Below, piece after piece: positions 40,676 through 50,212 of a DNA stretch of 64,000 bases. Source of the stretch: a virus (Duplodnaviria; Caudoviricetes). Positions within the stretch are counted from its first letter, which is position 1. Each line of letters starts with the position of its first letter. The DNA lies in the IMG/VR virus record IMGVR_UViG_3300023174_005626, positions 1-64,000 of that record. One strand, given 5' to 3'. Both the position numbers and the translations under genes were made by a program. A model generated the notes under the pieces. The model searched no databases and was not told the origin of the DNA. It saw nothing but the letters and a program-made list of their open reading frames with translations.

Positions 40676-41396
40676 CCACCCCAAAACCAACGTTAACCGT
40701 TAGCAATTCTCCTGATGGGGTTGTTACTGTTTTCTTCATATCTAATTTTGGTTCATTTTCATCCATAAACTTTTTCAAGAATTTGGAATCAGCAATCGGC
40801 ATTTGTTCAATAAATTTAACAATTTCACCTTTGTCTGTTGAACCATTTAATTCAACAATTTGTTTTGTAAGTCTCCAAGTAACTTTTGGTGCCACTCTAC
40901 CTTGTGGATATGTGTCAGCCATTTTTTCAATTTCCATAATTTCACCATATGATAATGGTTTTACTTTAATTGAAGTTTGTGACTTTGGTAACATTAGTGA
41001 AAAAGTACCGTCTTCATTTGGTTTTTGACCTTCAACAATGTTTAACACACTTAAATCAACTCTTGTTTGGAATGGTTTTCTTGTTGCTGGGTCAGTTAAG
41101 TTTACAACCATTTCAGTACCAAAAGAAGTATTTCTTAAGAAGATTAAAATAGCTTCAATGTCTCCTTCCAATAAATCTTCAATTCTTGTATCTGGTTCGT
41201 AAACTTTTGCTCTTAATAAGTTAACTGCCAAGTCGGCAACCCCACCCATTAAGATATTCTCATCAGCAGCGGTTAAATAACCTACCTTTAATGATTTCTT
41301 TTTATTTTTGTAGAACACTCCACCTGATGGTAAAGGAACCACGTCATGTGGAAGTGAAAAGTCTTTCTGTCCGTATTCTCTTGATTGGTCTTGCAT
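40653..41396 (-). CDS. Tail/baseplate hub assembly chaperone (T4 gp26-like, gpG-type)
   Basis: VPLPSGG...KVGYLTAADENIL...GDIEAILIFLR; lies between tube and tape measure; ends GVDFFRPFF at a slippery site. Confidence 0.8.
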   Translation of the reverse strand: MQDQSREYGQKDFSLPHDVVPLPSGGVFYKNKKKSLKVGYLTAADENILMGGVADLAVNLLRAKVYEPDTRIEDLLEGDIEAILIFLRNTSFGTEMVVNLTDPATRKPFQTRVDLSVLNIVEGQKPNEDGTFSLMLPKSQTSIKVKPLSYGEIMEIEKMADTYPQGRVAPKVTWRLTKQIVELNGSTDKGEIVKFIEQMPIADSKFLKKFMDENEPKLDMKKTVTTPSGELLTVNVGFGVDFFRPFF

Positions 41397-41398
41397 AT

Positions 41399-41436
41399 AA
41401 AAAAATTAACCGTATAGTTTATGTCTATACGGTTAA
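41399..41436 (-). terminator. Strong terminator after the tail tube gene, abutting the chaperone start
   Basis: 12-bp perfect inverted repeat TTAACCGTATAG-7nt-CTATACGGTTAA, then T7, then AT-ATG. Confidence 0.8.
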
Positions 41437-41468
41437 ATATAAGGGTAAATAAATTTTTATAAAGAGTA

Positions 41469-41957
41469 TTAGTATACTAACACACATCTGTCCATTCTCA
41501 ATGTAGCAGCAATTGTAGCTAAACCATCTTGGTTGTAAGCTAACTGATTGAAGTTAACATCTGTCATAAATGTACCATACAAAATCCATTTTTCAACCAC
41601 AACTCCTGTTGGGTCTAACATTTCAATGTCAATATCTTTTTTGTATCCTGCGGCATATCCCATACGACCTGTAACTGATTCCGCACATAGACGAACCCAC
41701 TCCATAAGAGCTTGAGCCGCTGATGGTCCGATTGGGTCTCTGAACACCACGTTAATGGTTTGCCAGTTGAATCTTCCTGCAACAAATGTTGATGTATTAA
41801 GGAACGGTATTTCAGTAGCGTTAATTGTAATGTGAGGTCTTGCAGCACTTTCCACAAACCACTCATTAATTCCTAAACTTGACGGGAATCTTAAAATAAA
41901 ACGATTCTGACGTTTCGGTTCATAAGGAAGAGGCATTTTCATTAGTAAATCAGCCAT
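41469..41957 (-). CDS. Tail tube protein (T4 gp19-like)
   Basis: EPKRQNRF, VAGRFNWQTI, YKKDIDIEMLDPTGVVVEKWILYG; 162 aa; close to the sheath gene. Confidence 0.92.
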   Translation of the reverse strand: MADLLMKMPLPYEPKRQNRFILRFPSSLGINEWFVESAARPHITINATEIPFLNTSTFVAGRFNWQTINVVFRDPIGPSAAQALMEWVRLCAESVTGRMGYAAGYKKDIDIEMLDPTGVVVEKWILYGTFMTDVNFNQLAYNQDGLATIAATLRMDRCVLVY

Positions 41958-42050
41958 ATTATTAAATTTTTGTTTCTTTGTTTATAATTGATAAATATAG
42001 TCGTGTTGAAAAATTTTTTCCCTTTACTTTGTTTTTTAAAAAGAATATCC

Positions 42051-42881
42051 TTATTTAACTTCCTTCTTAATTCCTCCAGCAGTAGAATAAGTTTTAACTA
42101 TATTATCTGGTTTATCTTTAAAATGTTTTTTCATTACTTCTATGTTTTTAGGGTCATCATCTGAAAACCCTATAGAAGGCATCTCTGGTATAAACTTATT
42201 ACCTATATCATTTTTTAGAAATGCTCTTTTATTAAGTACTGCAGCCATACCTTTTATATAGTCCACAAACTCATCCATTGCACGAACCTTCGCCTCTTCA
42301 GGATTAGTTGCACCTGTTTCGTCTCCAAAAGAAACGGGGTGGTATTTGTTGAGAGCTAAATAAGTTTTAATTAACTCATTATCAGACATCTCTTCTTCTC
42401 CCGCAAATGTTCTATATTTCTTTAAGTTTTTAACTAACTCATCTTTACTGATTCCGTTGAAATCATTGATGATATAATTGTAAATTGCTTGCTTTAATGT
42501 GTTGGGGTTGTGACCTCTCGCAGTAATGATTGAAAAAATTGAACCACTATTAATTGCTTCTCTAAAGTCATCAAACGCAGGTCCTTCTTTGGCTTTCATC
42601 GCATCTATTACAAAATCTTTATCACCTGATGTTCTAAAGTTTCTGAATGGGTCTTCAGCAAATCCAACAATTGTGTGACCCTTATAATTAAAATTTTCTT
42701 TGCCAATATGTTGTCTATGTTCCGCAAAGTCATCGGTACTCATACCTATTTCTTCACCATCTTCGTCCTTTACAATTATTTTTGTTGGCATGTGAACAAT
42801 ATTATCATCCCAATCAAAGGCATAATATTTTAAATCTGGTGTTTTTTCATTTTTAAATCCTTCTATTATTCTCGTTCTCAT
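42051..42881 (-). CDS. HAD-superfamily phosphatase-like protein
   Basis: Motif I AFDWDDNI, motif II IITARG, motif III EEAK, motif IV FSDDD. Confidence 0.65.
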   Translation of the reverse strand: MRTRIIEGFKNEKTPDLKYYAFDWDDNIVHMPTKIIVKDEDGEEIGMSTDDFAEHRQHIGKENFNYKGHTIVGFAEDPFRNFRTSGDKDFVIDAMKAKEGPAFDDFREAINSGSIFSIITARGHNPNTLKQAIYNYIINDFNGISKDELVKNLKKYRTFAGEEEMSDNELIKTYLALNKYHPVSFGDETGATNPEEAKVRAMDEFVDYIKGMAAVLNKRAFLKNDIGNKFIPEMPSIGFSDDDPKNIEVMKKHFKDKPDNIVKTYSTAGGIKKEVK

Positions 42882-42889
42882 TGTTGGCT

Positions 42890-42915
42890 AAAAAATGGGG
42901 GAGATAAACTCCCCC
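42890..42915 (-). terminator. Rho-independent terminator after the sheath gene
   Basis: GGGGGAG-TTTAT-CTCCCCC followed by ATTTTTT. Confidence 0.8.
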
Positions 42916-42924
42916 TTATTTTTA

Positions 42925-45900
42925 TTAGATATTTTCAAATGAAGCTCCTGTTGGTGTGATAAAGAATTCAATATCAATAAATTCAAGAGCTTTAGTTGGT
43001 TTAAGATAAATTTTACCTGTTAAAGTGTTTCTATCTAAGTCTTCAGGTGAAGAAGATACTGTTACACGGAAGTCATAAAGACCTCTATCTCTTCTAATAC
43101 CATCTAAGATTGGGTTAACACTATCCAAAAACTGTTGTCTTACAACTTGGTCGTTTTGTTCAAATAACAATCTAACCGCTACAGCTGAAATTAACTTACG
43201 AGCTTGTAACAACAATCTTCTAACGTTTAATCTGTTAAGAGCTGTGTCAGCAACTTGAAGTGTCTTGTTACCCCAAATTACAGTTCCAACGTCAGCAAAT
43301 GTTGCGATTGGGTTGATTCTACCTTGATAAAGAGTATCTCTATCTTCTTGAGTCAACTTAACTCTCGCTTTGATTGAATTTACAAGACCTCTTGTGTAAC
43401 CCGCTGATGCGAACCAAGGGAATGCAATATTATCTGTTAAAGCTAAGTTTCTACAAACCTCGCCAGTTGCTGGTAAATAGATTTGTGTATTATTAACAGT
43501 ATCTCTTGTTAAAATCCAAGGATAATAAGTAGCCGTATAGTTTGAATCAATTCCTGTATTATCTAAATTATCAACAGCCTCTTGTGGATAGATAATCGCT
43601 TGAGGGTCAGTTGCATCAGGAAGATACATGTTATAGTCAGGAGTTGTTACAATATACACGGAATCAGCTCTTTGGAATTGAATCATGTTGATAGCCGCTT
43701 CACACAAATTAGAATTAAATACATAATCAATACTTGCAGTTGCAAATACGTTTATGTTTGTTGCTTCAGGATTTGCAAAGGTTAAGATACCAAGTAAGTA
43801 AGCGTAGTAGTCAGTGTTTGCGAAATCTTGAGTATTGTTTTGTACAACAATTCTCTTGAACATACCGTCACCTGTTGCTGTAGGGTATCTTGAAGAAGGA
43901 TAAGCTCCTGCTAAATAACCTGACGCACCTAATTGGAATCTATCTGTATTTGTTCTTGATTCTTCATAAATATCCCAACCATCAAATCCACCAGCAAAAC
44001 ATACTGTATACTTTCTTGAGTAGATATAGTAGTAAGGGTTTTCTTGAGTTTCTGGGTCCATTCTAAAATCTGCAACCCCACACTCAAATGCTGTTTGACC
44101 GCTTGTCTCATATATGTTACCGATAGTAACAACAGTTGCTCCTGAGTCCATATGGAATCCTTTTGAAAGTACATTCCAAGGAATAGAATCTGTTGCAACT
44201 TCCCAACCTGATTGAGGATTTTGTTTACCTTTATAAGTTAAGAATGATTCGTCAATACCATATTCTGTTGAGAATCCTAAGTAACTTCTTCTTACAATGT
44301 TACCTGGAGATTCAACAGCGTTGGTACCACCGAAAGGACTATTAAATGGAGGGTTAGCAATTACTTCACCAGGATAATAATACTTTGTTTTGAATTTAGG
44401 ATATGGTGATGGGTTATTAGGACTAGCGTATTCTCTTTGTGTGTAACCGTAGAACCCACAAGGTAATGCATCAATAGGATACTCGTCAGCTAATTCAATC
44501 ATAATATATTTTGAAATAAGAGCAAACTCCCCGTTAGATGAACCAATTTTTTTAGCAACAAAATTATTTGATGCTGGGTCCATGTTACAGTTTGTAAATT
44601 TCTCAATAACCACAGGATTTGCATCTGTATCAAAGAAGTTTCTAACTAAAACATCAAAACTCATATTATTGAATGATAAGTTAGCAATTGAAACTTTAAT
44701 CTCAACATTCGCGGAATCTCCGTCAGAAATTGAAATAAATTTAAATAATCTATAAACTCTATTACCTCTTAATTCTGAAACTAAGAATGGTGTTTCAGGT
44801 GATTGATATTTTTCTAAATTCCAAGCAATTGAAGAAGCACTTCTACTTCTAGCACCTGGTAATGCAACTAACTCACAATTTAAACCTTTAATATAACCTT
44901 GGTTGTATGCATAATTTAAAGTACCAGGATAAATCTCCTCAACAAATATCGGTGTTTCAAATCTTGATTTACCAAAATTATCTAAACCTAATACCTTTGT
45001 AATATATTTTGAAGATGCTGCAGATAAAGAAGATTCTAGTTGGAATGCATTACCATCTTTAGTAATACCTGACAATAAGAATTGTTCGTATGGTGACTGA
45101 GTAACTCCTGAATACTGACCTGTACAAACCATAGTTAAATCAGTTAAACCACTAACCTCATAAATTGGTCCATGGTCATCACTACTAGCGCTATTGGCAT
45201 AAAGTGAAATACCTCTTGAACGAAGTGTTGCGATTACCATGTTATTAAACTCAGAGTATGCAGTTCCTGAAAAAGTATAAACATTACCTTCAATTGTACC
45301 TGTATAATTTCCTGCCGCTCCCGTTACTAAGTTTGTTACTGAATAATAGAAAGAGTAACCTGAATAATCATTACCTGAATAATTGTCAAAGTTAGCATAA
45401 AACCAAGCATCGTTATTATTAGAACTTAAATCGTTTGTCTCTAAGTTATTAGTATCACAAAGATACTCATTGATTTGATTACTATATTGTGTAACAACTG
45501 GCCAATAATCAGAACCTGGTATTGCACCATAGAATGCAACTGTTGTTGCAGATAATGATGGTTGTTGTGCTATACTATTAATCTCGGTTGAGAAATCAGC
45601 AAATAAGTTAGATGTACTTCCATCGCTCATTCTATATTGAACATAAAGATTTGGTGTGATATAACTATCAAACACCGCATCAGGTGTTGTAAAATTAAAC
45701 GTATCACCTGTAGAATTTCCACTGAAATCTATAGAGAAAGCTTGACCAACATTTGTTTCTAATCCAATTGTTGTTGGGTCAACATTAGCTGTTGTTCTAA
45801 TACTCCATGATGGACCCGCATCATAACCCGAAAGACCCAATACTCTCGTAACAAACAATTGGTTAGATTGTTGTAAATAAGATTTTGCGATATACGCAGC

Positions 45901-46137
45901 CTCATATTGTGGGATTTGTGTATTCACAAACTTGACAGGTTCTGTACCACCGAAGTAGGCTTGGAATTCGTCATAGTTTGTTATAAAGACAGGTTCAAAA
46001 GCGGGACCCTTTATAGTCTCACCTACTAAACCTAATGTTGTAACACCCACGCTCTGAGCCACGAACGATAAGTCCGTTTCAGATGTATAAACACCTGGGG
46101 ATACAAATACTTTTTGATTAACTTGTGCTGTTGCCAT
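42925..46137 (-). CDS. Contractile tail sheath protein (T4 gp18-like)
   Basis: VSPGVYTSETD, GETIKGP, YYPW, PWFASAGYTRG, LYQGRINPI, IWGNKT, LNVRRL, LFEQND, KPTKALEFIDIEF. Confidence 0.96.
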   Translation of the reverse strand: MATAQVNQKVFVSPGVYTSETDLSFVAQSVGVTTLGLVGETIKGPAFEPVFITNYDEFQAYFGGTEPVKFVNTQIPQYEAAYIAKSYLQQSNQLFVTRVLGLSGYDAGPSWSIRTTANVDPTTIGLETNVGQAFSIDFSGNSTGDTFNFTTPDAVFDSYITPNLYVQYRMSDGSTSNLFADFSTEINSIAQQPSLSATTVAFYGAIPGSDYWPVVTQYSNQINEYLCDTNNLETNDLSSNNNDAWFYANFDNYSGNDYSGYSFYYSVTNLVTGAAGNYTGTIEGNVYTFSGTAYSEFNNMVIATLRSRGISLYANSASSDDHGPIYEVSGLTDLTMVCTGQYSGVTQSPYEQFLLSGITKDGNAFQLESSLSAASSKYITKVLGLDNFGKSRFETPIFVEEIYPGTLNYAYNQGYIKGLNCELVALPGARSRSASSIAWNLEKYQSPETPFLVSELRGNRVYRLFKFISISDGDSANVEIKVSIANLSFNNMSFDVLVRNFFDTDANPVVIEKFTNCNMDPASNNFVAKKIGSSNGEFALISKYIMIELADEYPIDALPCGFYGYTQREYASPNNPSPYPKFKTKYYYPGEVIANPPFNSPFGGTNAVESPGNIVRRSYLGFSTEYGIDESFLTYKGKQNPQSGWEVATDSIPWNVLSKGFHMDSGATVVTIGNIYETSGQTAFECGVADFRMDPETQENPYYYIYSRKYTVCFAGGFDGWDIYEESRTNTDRFQLGASGYLAGAYPSSRYPTATGDGMFKRIVVQNNTQDFANTDYYAYLLGILTFANPEATNINVFATASIDYVFNSNLCEAAINMIQFQRADSVYIVTTPDYNMYLPDATDPQAIIYPQEAVDNLDNTGIDSNYTATYYPWILTRDTVNNTQIYLPATGEVCRNLALTDNIAFPWFASAGYTRGLVNSIKARVKLTQEDRDTLYQGRINPIATFADVGTVIWGNKTLQVADTALNRLNVRRLLLQARKLISAVAVRLLFEQNDQVVRQQFLDSVNPILDGIRRDRGLYDFRVTVSSSPEDLDRNTLTGKIYLKPTKALEFIDIEFFITPTGASFENI

Positions 46138-46170
46138 TATTAAATTATTCTTTGCAGATTTATTTTAATG

Positions 46171-46177
46171 ATAAATA
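46171..46177 (-). promoter_or_regulatory. TATTTAT upstream motif (putative phage late promoter), sheath gene copy; representative of 16 intergenic copies
   Basis: The same 7-mer lies on the coding strand upstream of many structural genes on both strands (positions listed in findings). Confidence 0.65.
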
Positions 46178-46255
46178 TTCAATACTAACACAAAAAACTT
46201 GACTTTTGGATATGTATTTGTAAACGGTGAGAATAAATTCTGCCTTTTTTCTACC

Positions 46256-46417
46256 ATGAAAACAAAGAAAGAAATAAAGAACATAAAAATATCCCCTGAA
46301 TCACATGAGGTACTGAAAAAGTATTGTGATAAGAGAGGTATTAAAATTTATAAATTCCTTGAGAATTTAATAATTGAAAAGTGTAAAGAGAAGAAAGATA
46401 TCTACGGAGAAAATTAA
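46256..46417 (+). CDS. Small ribbon-helix-helix-like DNA-binding protein
   Basis: ATG 46256: MKTKKEIKNIKISPESHEVLKKYCDKRGIKIYKFLENLI, a beta-strand/helix/helix pattern; divergent from the sheath gene. Confidence 0.65.
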   Translation: MKTKKEIKNIKISPESHEVLKKYCDKRGIKIYKFLENLIIEKCKEKKDIYGEN

Positions 46418-47457
46418 ACCAACTTACTATCAAACTGAATCGCGGCTTCGTTTGATGTGTTTTCTTTAGTAACCTCAATTCTCAAAACGTCATTAGTTGT
46501 TATTTGAATTTTTTGAACATCTGTTCCATAATAGTCGTCATTGATATAAACATCGTATGACGATATGTTACTTGATTTAACAAATTCCATATTTGCGGTA
46601 AAATCAATTCTTTCAACCAACATATCATTACCAACCACATATAAAAAATTAGTTAAGAATTCATCTGGATTTTCAGGAAACTGATTTTTTTTCTTTTTTA
46701 ATGTTGACGTGTCAATTTCAAATACTTGAAGGACTCTGGCAATTGCGGGCTTAACTTCAAACTCGGCTTCATCAATAAGATAACCCAACATTGTGAAATC
46801 ATAGTTTTGAATATAATATTTTCTATTCTCAATTTGCATTTGAGACTCATCAGAAATATTGGTTGAAATGATTGGAACATATTGACCTTTAATAAAGGTG
46901 TATGCTTGTCTTGATGAAAACTTTTGCATTACAACTTTATTTAGCTCGTTAAGTTCCCTCATTCTATTACAAATAATTTTAACACTATAGTTAATATCAA
47001 CGGGAACTGGCTGCGGAATTGTATAAATGTCCATACCTTGTTCATTACCATTCCAAGTCGGAACTGAGGCATAATAAAATTGTTTTCTATTTGGAATTGT
47101 ATATTGAAGTGATGGATTTGTACCATACTTAACTTCGGGACTTCTAACAACAGTTATGAATGGTGGAGATGGGTTATTATCTAAATCAACAAATTGAGAT
47201 GTTTCAACATATTGAGACCAGTTCTGAGTGGTAACAATAATATCAACCATTGGAACAATTTTTCCTGCCGTAACAACTTTCAAATCTTCTTTTACAAAAT
47301 CTAACATACCTCTATCTAAATCAGCATGTAAAACTGATTTAGGTAAATAAGTTCCATCTTTGTTGATATATTCCAACAACTGCTCTCTTCTAGAATAAAG
47401 AGTCTTTTGTGGAACCAAAGGTAATGTAGGTTTAACTTGTGTTTTAGGTAATGGCAT
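46414..47457 (-). CDS. Neck/tail terminator-like protein (gp15/gp3-like)
   Basis: 347 aa. DLDRGMLDF, PFITVVR, PVPVDINYSV...MRELNEL; between head-closure and sheath genes. Confidence 0.55.
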   Translation of the reverse strand: MPLPKTQVKPTLPLVPQKTLYSRREQLLEYINKDGTYLPKSVLHADLDRGMLDFVKEDLKVVTAGKIVPMVDIIVTTQNWSQYVETSQFVDLDNNPSPPFITVVRSPEVKYGTNPSLQYTIPNRKQFYYASVPTWNGNEQGMDIYTIPQPVPVDINYSVKIICNRMRELNELNKVVMQKFSSRQAYTFIKGQYVPIISTNISDESQMQIENRKYYIQNYDFTMLGYLIDEAEFEVKPAIARVLQVFEIDTSTLKKKKNQFPENPDEFLTNFLYVVGNDMLVERIDFTANMEFVKSSNISSYDVYINDDYYGTDVQKIQITTNDVLRIEVTKENTSNEAAIQFDSKLV

Positions 47458-47969
47458 TATATTCCTCTAAATTCATTTTCACTTACCCAAGTAGCTGTAA
47501 CCGTTCTATAGAATGGTTTATACCCACCATAAGTGTGTTTATTATCTGACTTAACAAGTCCGTCGTCAATAACTGTATAATATCTAACTCTATCCTCCGT
47601 TTCATAATATCCAAGGTAATCACCCATAAAAATATTAACATCCATGTCATCAAGAGTTTTTTGGTAAATAGAAAATTTCATATTACCTGGCTCATCTTGT
47701 TTAATCTTTGAATTACCAAGAAGTTTGTTCTGTGGTGCCATAACCTGAACCAATCCCTTAAGTTCAACAGGGGCCATGAATTGAATCCCATCTTCCAATA
47801 CCTCACCATACACGCTATCAGTTTTAGTCTTGTATCTATCAATTCTATAAAGAATAACTGTGAAGTTCATATCACCCAACAACCACTCTTCACCCATACC
47901 AATATCCAAGGCGTAGTCTTCCCCACCAAAGAATTTTCCTAAACGTGTAATTGGTACTAACTTTTGCAT
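47457..47969 (-). CDS. Head closure / neck protein (gp14-like)
   Basis: VILYRIDRYKTKTDSVYGE...PVELKGLV...GDYL; context. Confidence 0.55.
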   Translation of the reverse strand: MQKLVPITRLGKFFGGEDYALDIGMGEEWLLGDMNFTVILYRIDRYKTKTDSVYGEVLEDGIQFMAPVELKGLVQVMAPQNKLLGNSKIKQDEPGNMKFSIYQKTLDDMDVNIFMGDYLGYYETEDRVRYYTVIDDGLVKSDNKHTYGGYKPFYRTVTATWVSENEFRGI

Positions 47970-48010
47970 ATATTGATAAATACTTAAAGAGTTATTATAT
48001 TTCTAACAAA

Positions 48011-48415
48011 ATGATTATGAGATTAGACGCACCGAGTAAAATTTATGTTGACAACAGTCCGATACATGGGTTAGGTGTTTTCGCAAAAGAAAAAATATTA
48101 GTTGACGAAATATTTGAAATTTGTCCTGTAATTGATATGGGAATGAAGTTTGGTGAATCTAGTCACATATTAGTTGACTATAGATTTAATTGGCCACAAG
48201 GTGGTGGTGAATGGACAAAACAAGTTGTAACTGCTGGTTTTGGTATGTTATATAATCATAGTAATAATGCTAATGCAAATTGGAGGTCTAACTTTGATAC
48301 AAACTCTTTTGAGTTTTATGCAACTAAAGACATTAACCCTGGCGATGAAATCTTTGTTTGGTATGGTGATATGAGTTATTGGAATGATGGTAGAAATCAT
48401 ACGAATATTATTTAA
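48011..48415 (+). CDS. SET-domain protein-lysine methyltransferase
   Basis: SPIHGLGVFA, YNHSNNAN, ATKDINPGDEIFVWYG..YW. ATG 48011 preferred over TTG 47951. Confidence 0.9.
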   Translation: MIMRLDAPSKIYVDNSPIHGLGVFAKEKILVDEIFEICPVIDMGMKFGESSHILVDYRFNWPQGGGEWTKQVVTAGFGMLYNHSNNANANWRSNFDTNSFEFYATKDINPGDEIFVWYGDMSYWNDGRNHTNII

Positions 48416-48420
48416 TTGAA

Positions 48421-50172
48421 ATGGAAATTAGTTTAGAATCTAAAGCATTAACATTGTTGGAAACTTACGAGGGGGCAAACAATTATATATTGGAGCTCAA
48501 AAGAAAATCCCAAGTTAATAGAAAGTTTTACCCAACAAGAAGTCAATCTGAATACATTATTAATAACCACGATAAACAACCAAAGGTTGCTAAGAAGTGG
48601 GTTATACTTGATGCTTATTTTGCACAGAAACTTGCCGATGATAGACTGATGACTGAAATACCTGAAAAGGTTTGGGTTGAGAAATTATTGGCAGACAAAG
48701 AAAAAGCATTTCATATTTGGGGTAAAATAACTGAATCTCAAGAACTACATGACTTTTGGTTACCTAAAGCCTCAATAATTAAAGACAACACAGTTAAAGA
48801 TGTTGTTATTAATTATGAAAAATATTCTAATCGTCCTCCACTTACACATCAAAAGGAAGCAATTCAAAAGTTAGTTGAGAATAAGAAATTTATCTTAGCT
48901 GATGATATGGGTCTTGGTAAAACCACATCTACGATTATTGCTGCTCTTGAAGCTGGCGCTAAAAAAATATTAATCATTTGTCCAGCAACTTTAAAAATTA
49001 ACTGGAAGAGGGAAATTGAAAACTACTCGGACAGGTCAACATATATTGCTGAAGGAAAAAACTTTTCAACCGAACACGACTTTGTTATCATAAACTATGA
49101 CATTATAAAAAATTTCCATGACCCTAAGAAAAAAGATGATTCGCAAATTCTTAGAGCCGATTTTGATTTGGTCATCATTGATGAGGCACACTATATCAAA
49201 AATGCTCAAGCCCAAAGAACAAAACTAATTAATGATTTAGTAAAGAAAGTTGACCGATTATGGTTACTAACGGGAACACCTATGACTTCTCGCCCGATTG
49301 ACTATTATAATTTATTAAGTCTAATAGATTCGCCTGTTGCCAAGAATTGGATGGCTTATGTTATAAGATACTGTCAAGGATACCAATTTAAAGTTGGCCC
49401 AAGAAAGGTGTGGAATGTTATGGGAGCTTCCAATTTGGAAGAACTAAGAGACAGGACTGTAGGGTTAACACTAAGAAGATTAAAAGAAGATGTTTTAGAT
49501 TTACCCGATAAAATTATCACACCCGTTTATCTTAGATTAAAATCTAAATTATATGAAGAAGTAATGGGTGATTACTATAATTGGTACGAAAAAAATCCTG
49601 AGGAATCAAAATCTTTAACGGTTCAATTTACAAAACTTACCAAAGTAAGACAAATTATTGCCGATGAAAAGATTGCCCAAACAATTGAATTAGCCGAAAA
49701 TATTATTGAGCAAGATAAAAAAGTTATTATATTCTGTAACTTTACAGATTCACTTAACAAAATTTGTGAACACTTTGGAAAAGTGGCAGTCAAACTTGAT
49801 GGTTCAATGTCAAAAGGTGAAAGACAATTGTCTGTTGACCAATTCCAAGAAAATCAAAAAGTGAAAGTATTTGTTGGTAACATTAAAGCGGCTGGTGTTG
49901 GTTTAACCTTAACAGCGGCTGAAGCGGTTATCATGAATGATTTATCCTTTTTACCATCCGACCACTCACAAGCTGAGGACAGAGCTTATAGATTTGGTCA
50001 AAAAAATAATGTATTAGTTTACTACCCAATATTTGAAAACACTATAGAAGGAATTATCTACGACATATTAGCAAATAAAAAACAGGTTATATCTACAATC
50101 TTAGGTGATAACCAAAACAGTCCTGATGCGGCTGAAGAAATCTTAAAAAGAATTAATGAAATGCGTCGTTAA
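48421..50172 (+). CDS. SNF2/SWI2-family helicase (HARP/SMARCAL1-like)
   Basis: LADDMGLGKT, ICPATLKINW, DEAH, LTGTP, LRRLKEDV, AAGVGLTLT, QAEDRAYRFGQ. Confidence 0.93.
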   Translation: MEISLESKALTLLETYEGANNYILELKRKSQVNRKFYPTRSQSEYIINNHDKQPKVAKKWVILDAYFAQKLADDRLMTEIPEKVWVEKLLADKEKAFHIWGKITESQELHDFWLPKASIIKDNTVKDVVINYEKYSNRPPLTHQKEAIQKLVENKKFILADDMGLGKTTSTIIAALEAGAKKILIICPATLKINWKREIENYSDRSTYIAEGKNFSTEHDFVIINYDIIKNFHDPKKKDDSQILRADFDLVIIDEAHYIKNAQAQRTKLINDLVKKVDRLWLLTGTPMTSRPIDYYNLLSLIDSPVAKNWMAYVIRYCQGYQFKVGPRKVWNVMGASNLEELRDRTVGLTLRRLKEDVLDLPDKIITPVYLRLKSKLYEEVMGDYYNWYEKNPEESKSLTVQFTKLTKVRQIIADEKIAQTIELAENIIEQDKKVIIFCNFTDSLNKICEHFGKVAVKLDGSMSKGERQLSVDQFQENQKVKVFVGNIKAAGVGLTLTAAEAVIMNDLSFLPSDHSQAEDRAYRFGQKNNVLVYYPIFENTIEGIIYDILANKKQVISTILGDNQNSPDAAEEILKRINEMRR

Positions 50173-50212
50173 ATAATTATTGGATTATTTATTATATGGA
50201 TAATCCAAACAT

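Noticed and set aside
14701-47969. Extracellular contractile injection system / tailocin locus
   Set aside because: Tail genes are interleaved with phage replication genes and head-neck adaptors, so this is a phage genome.
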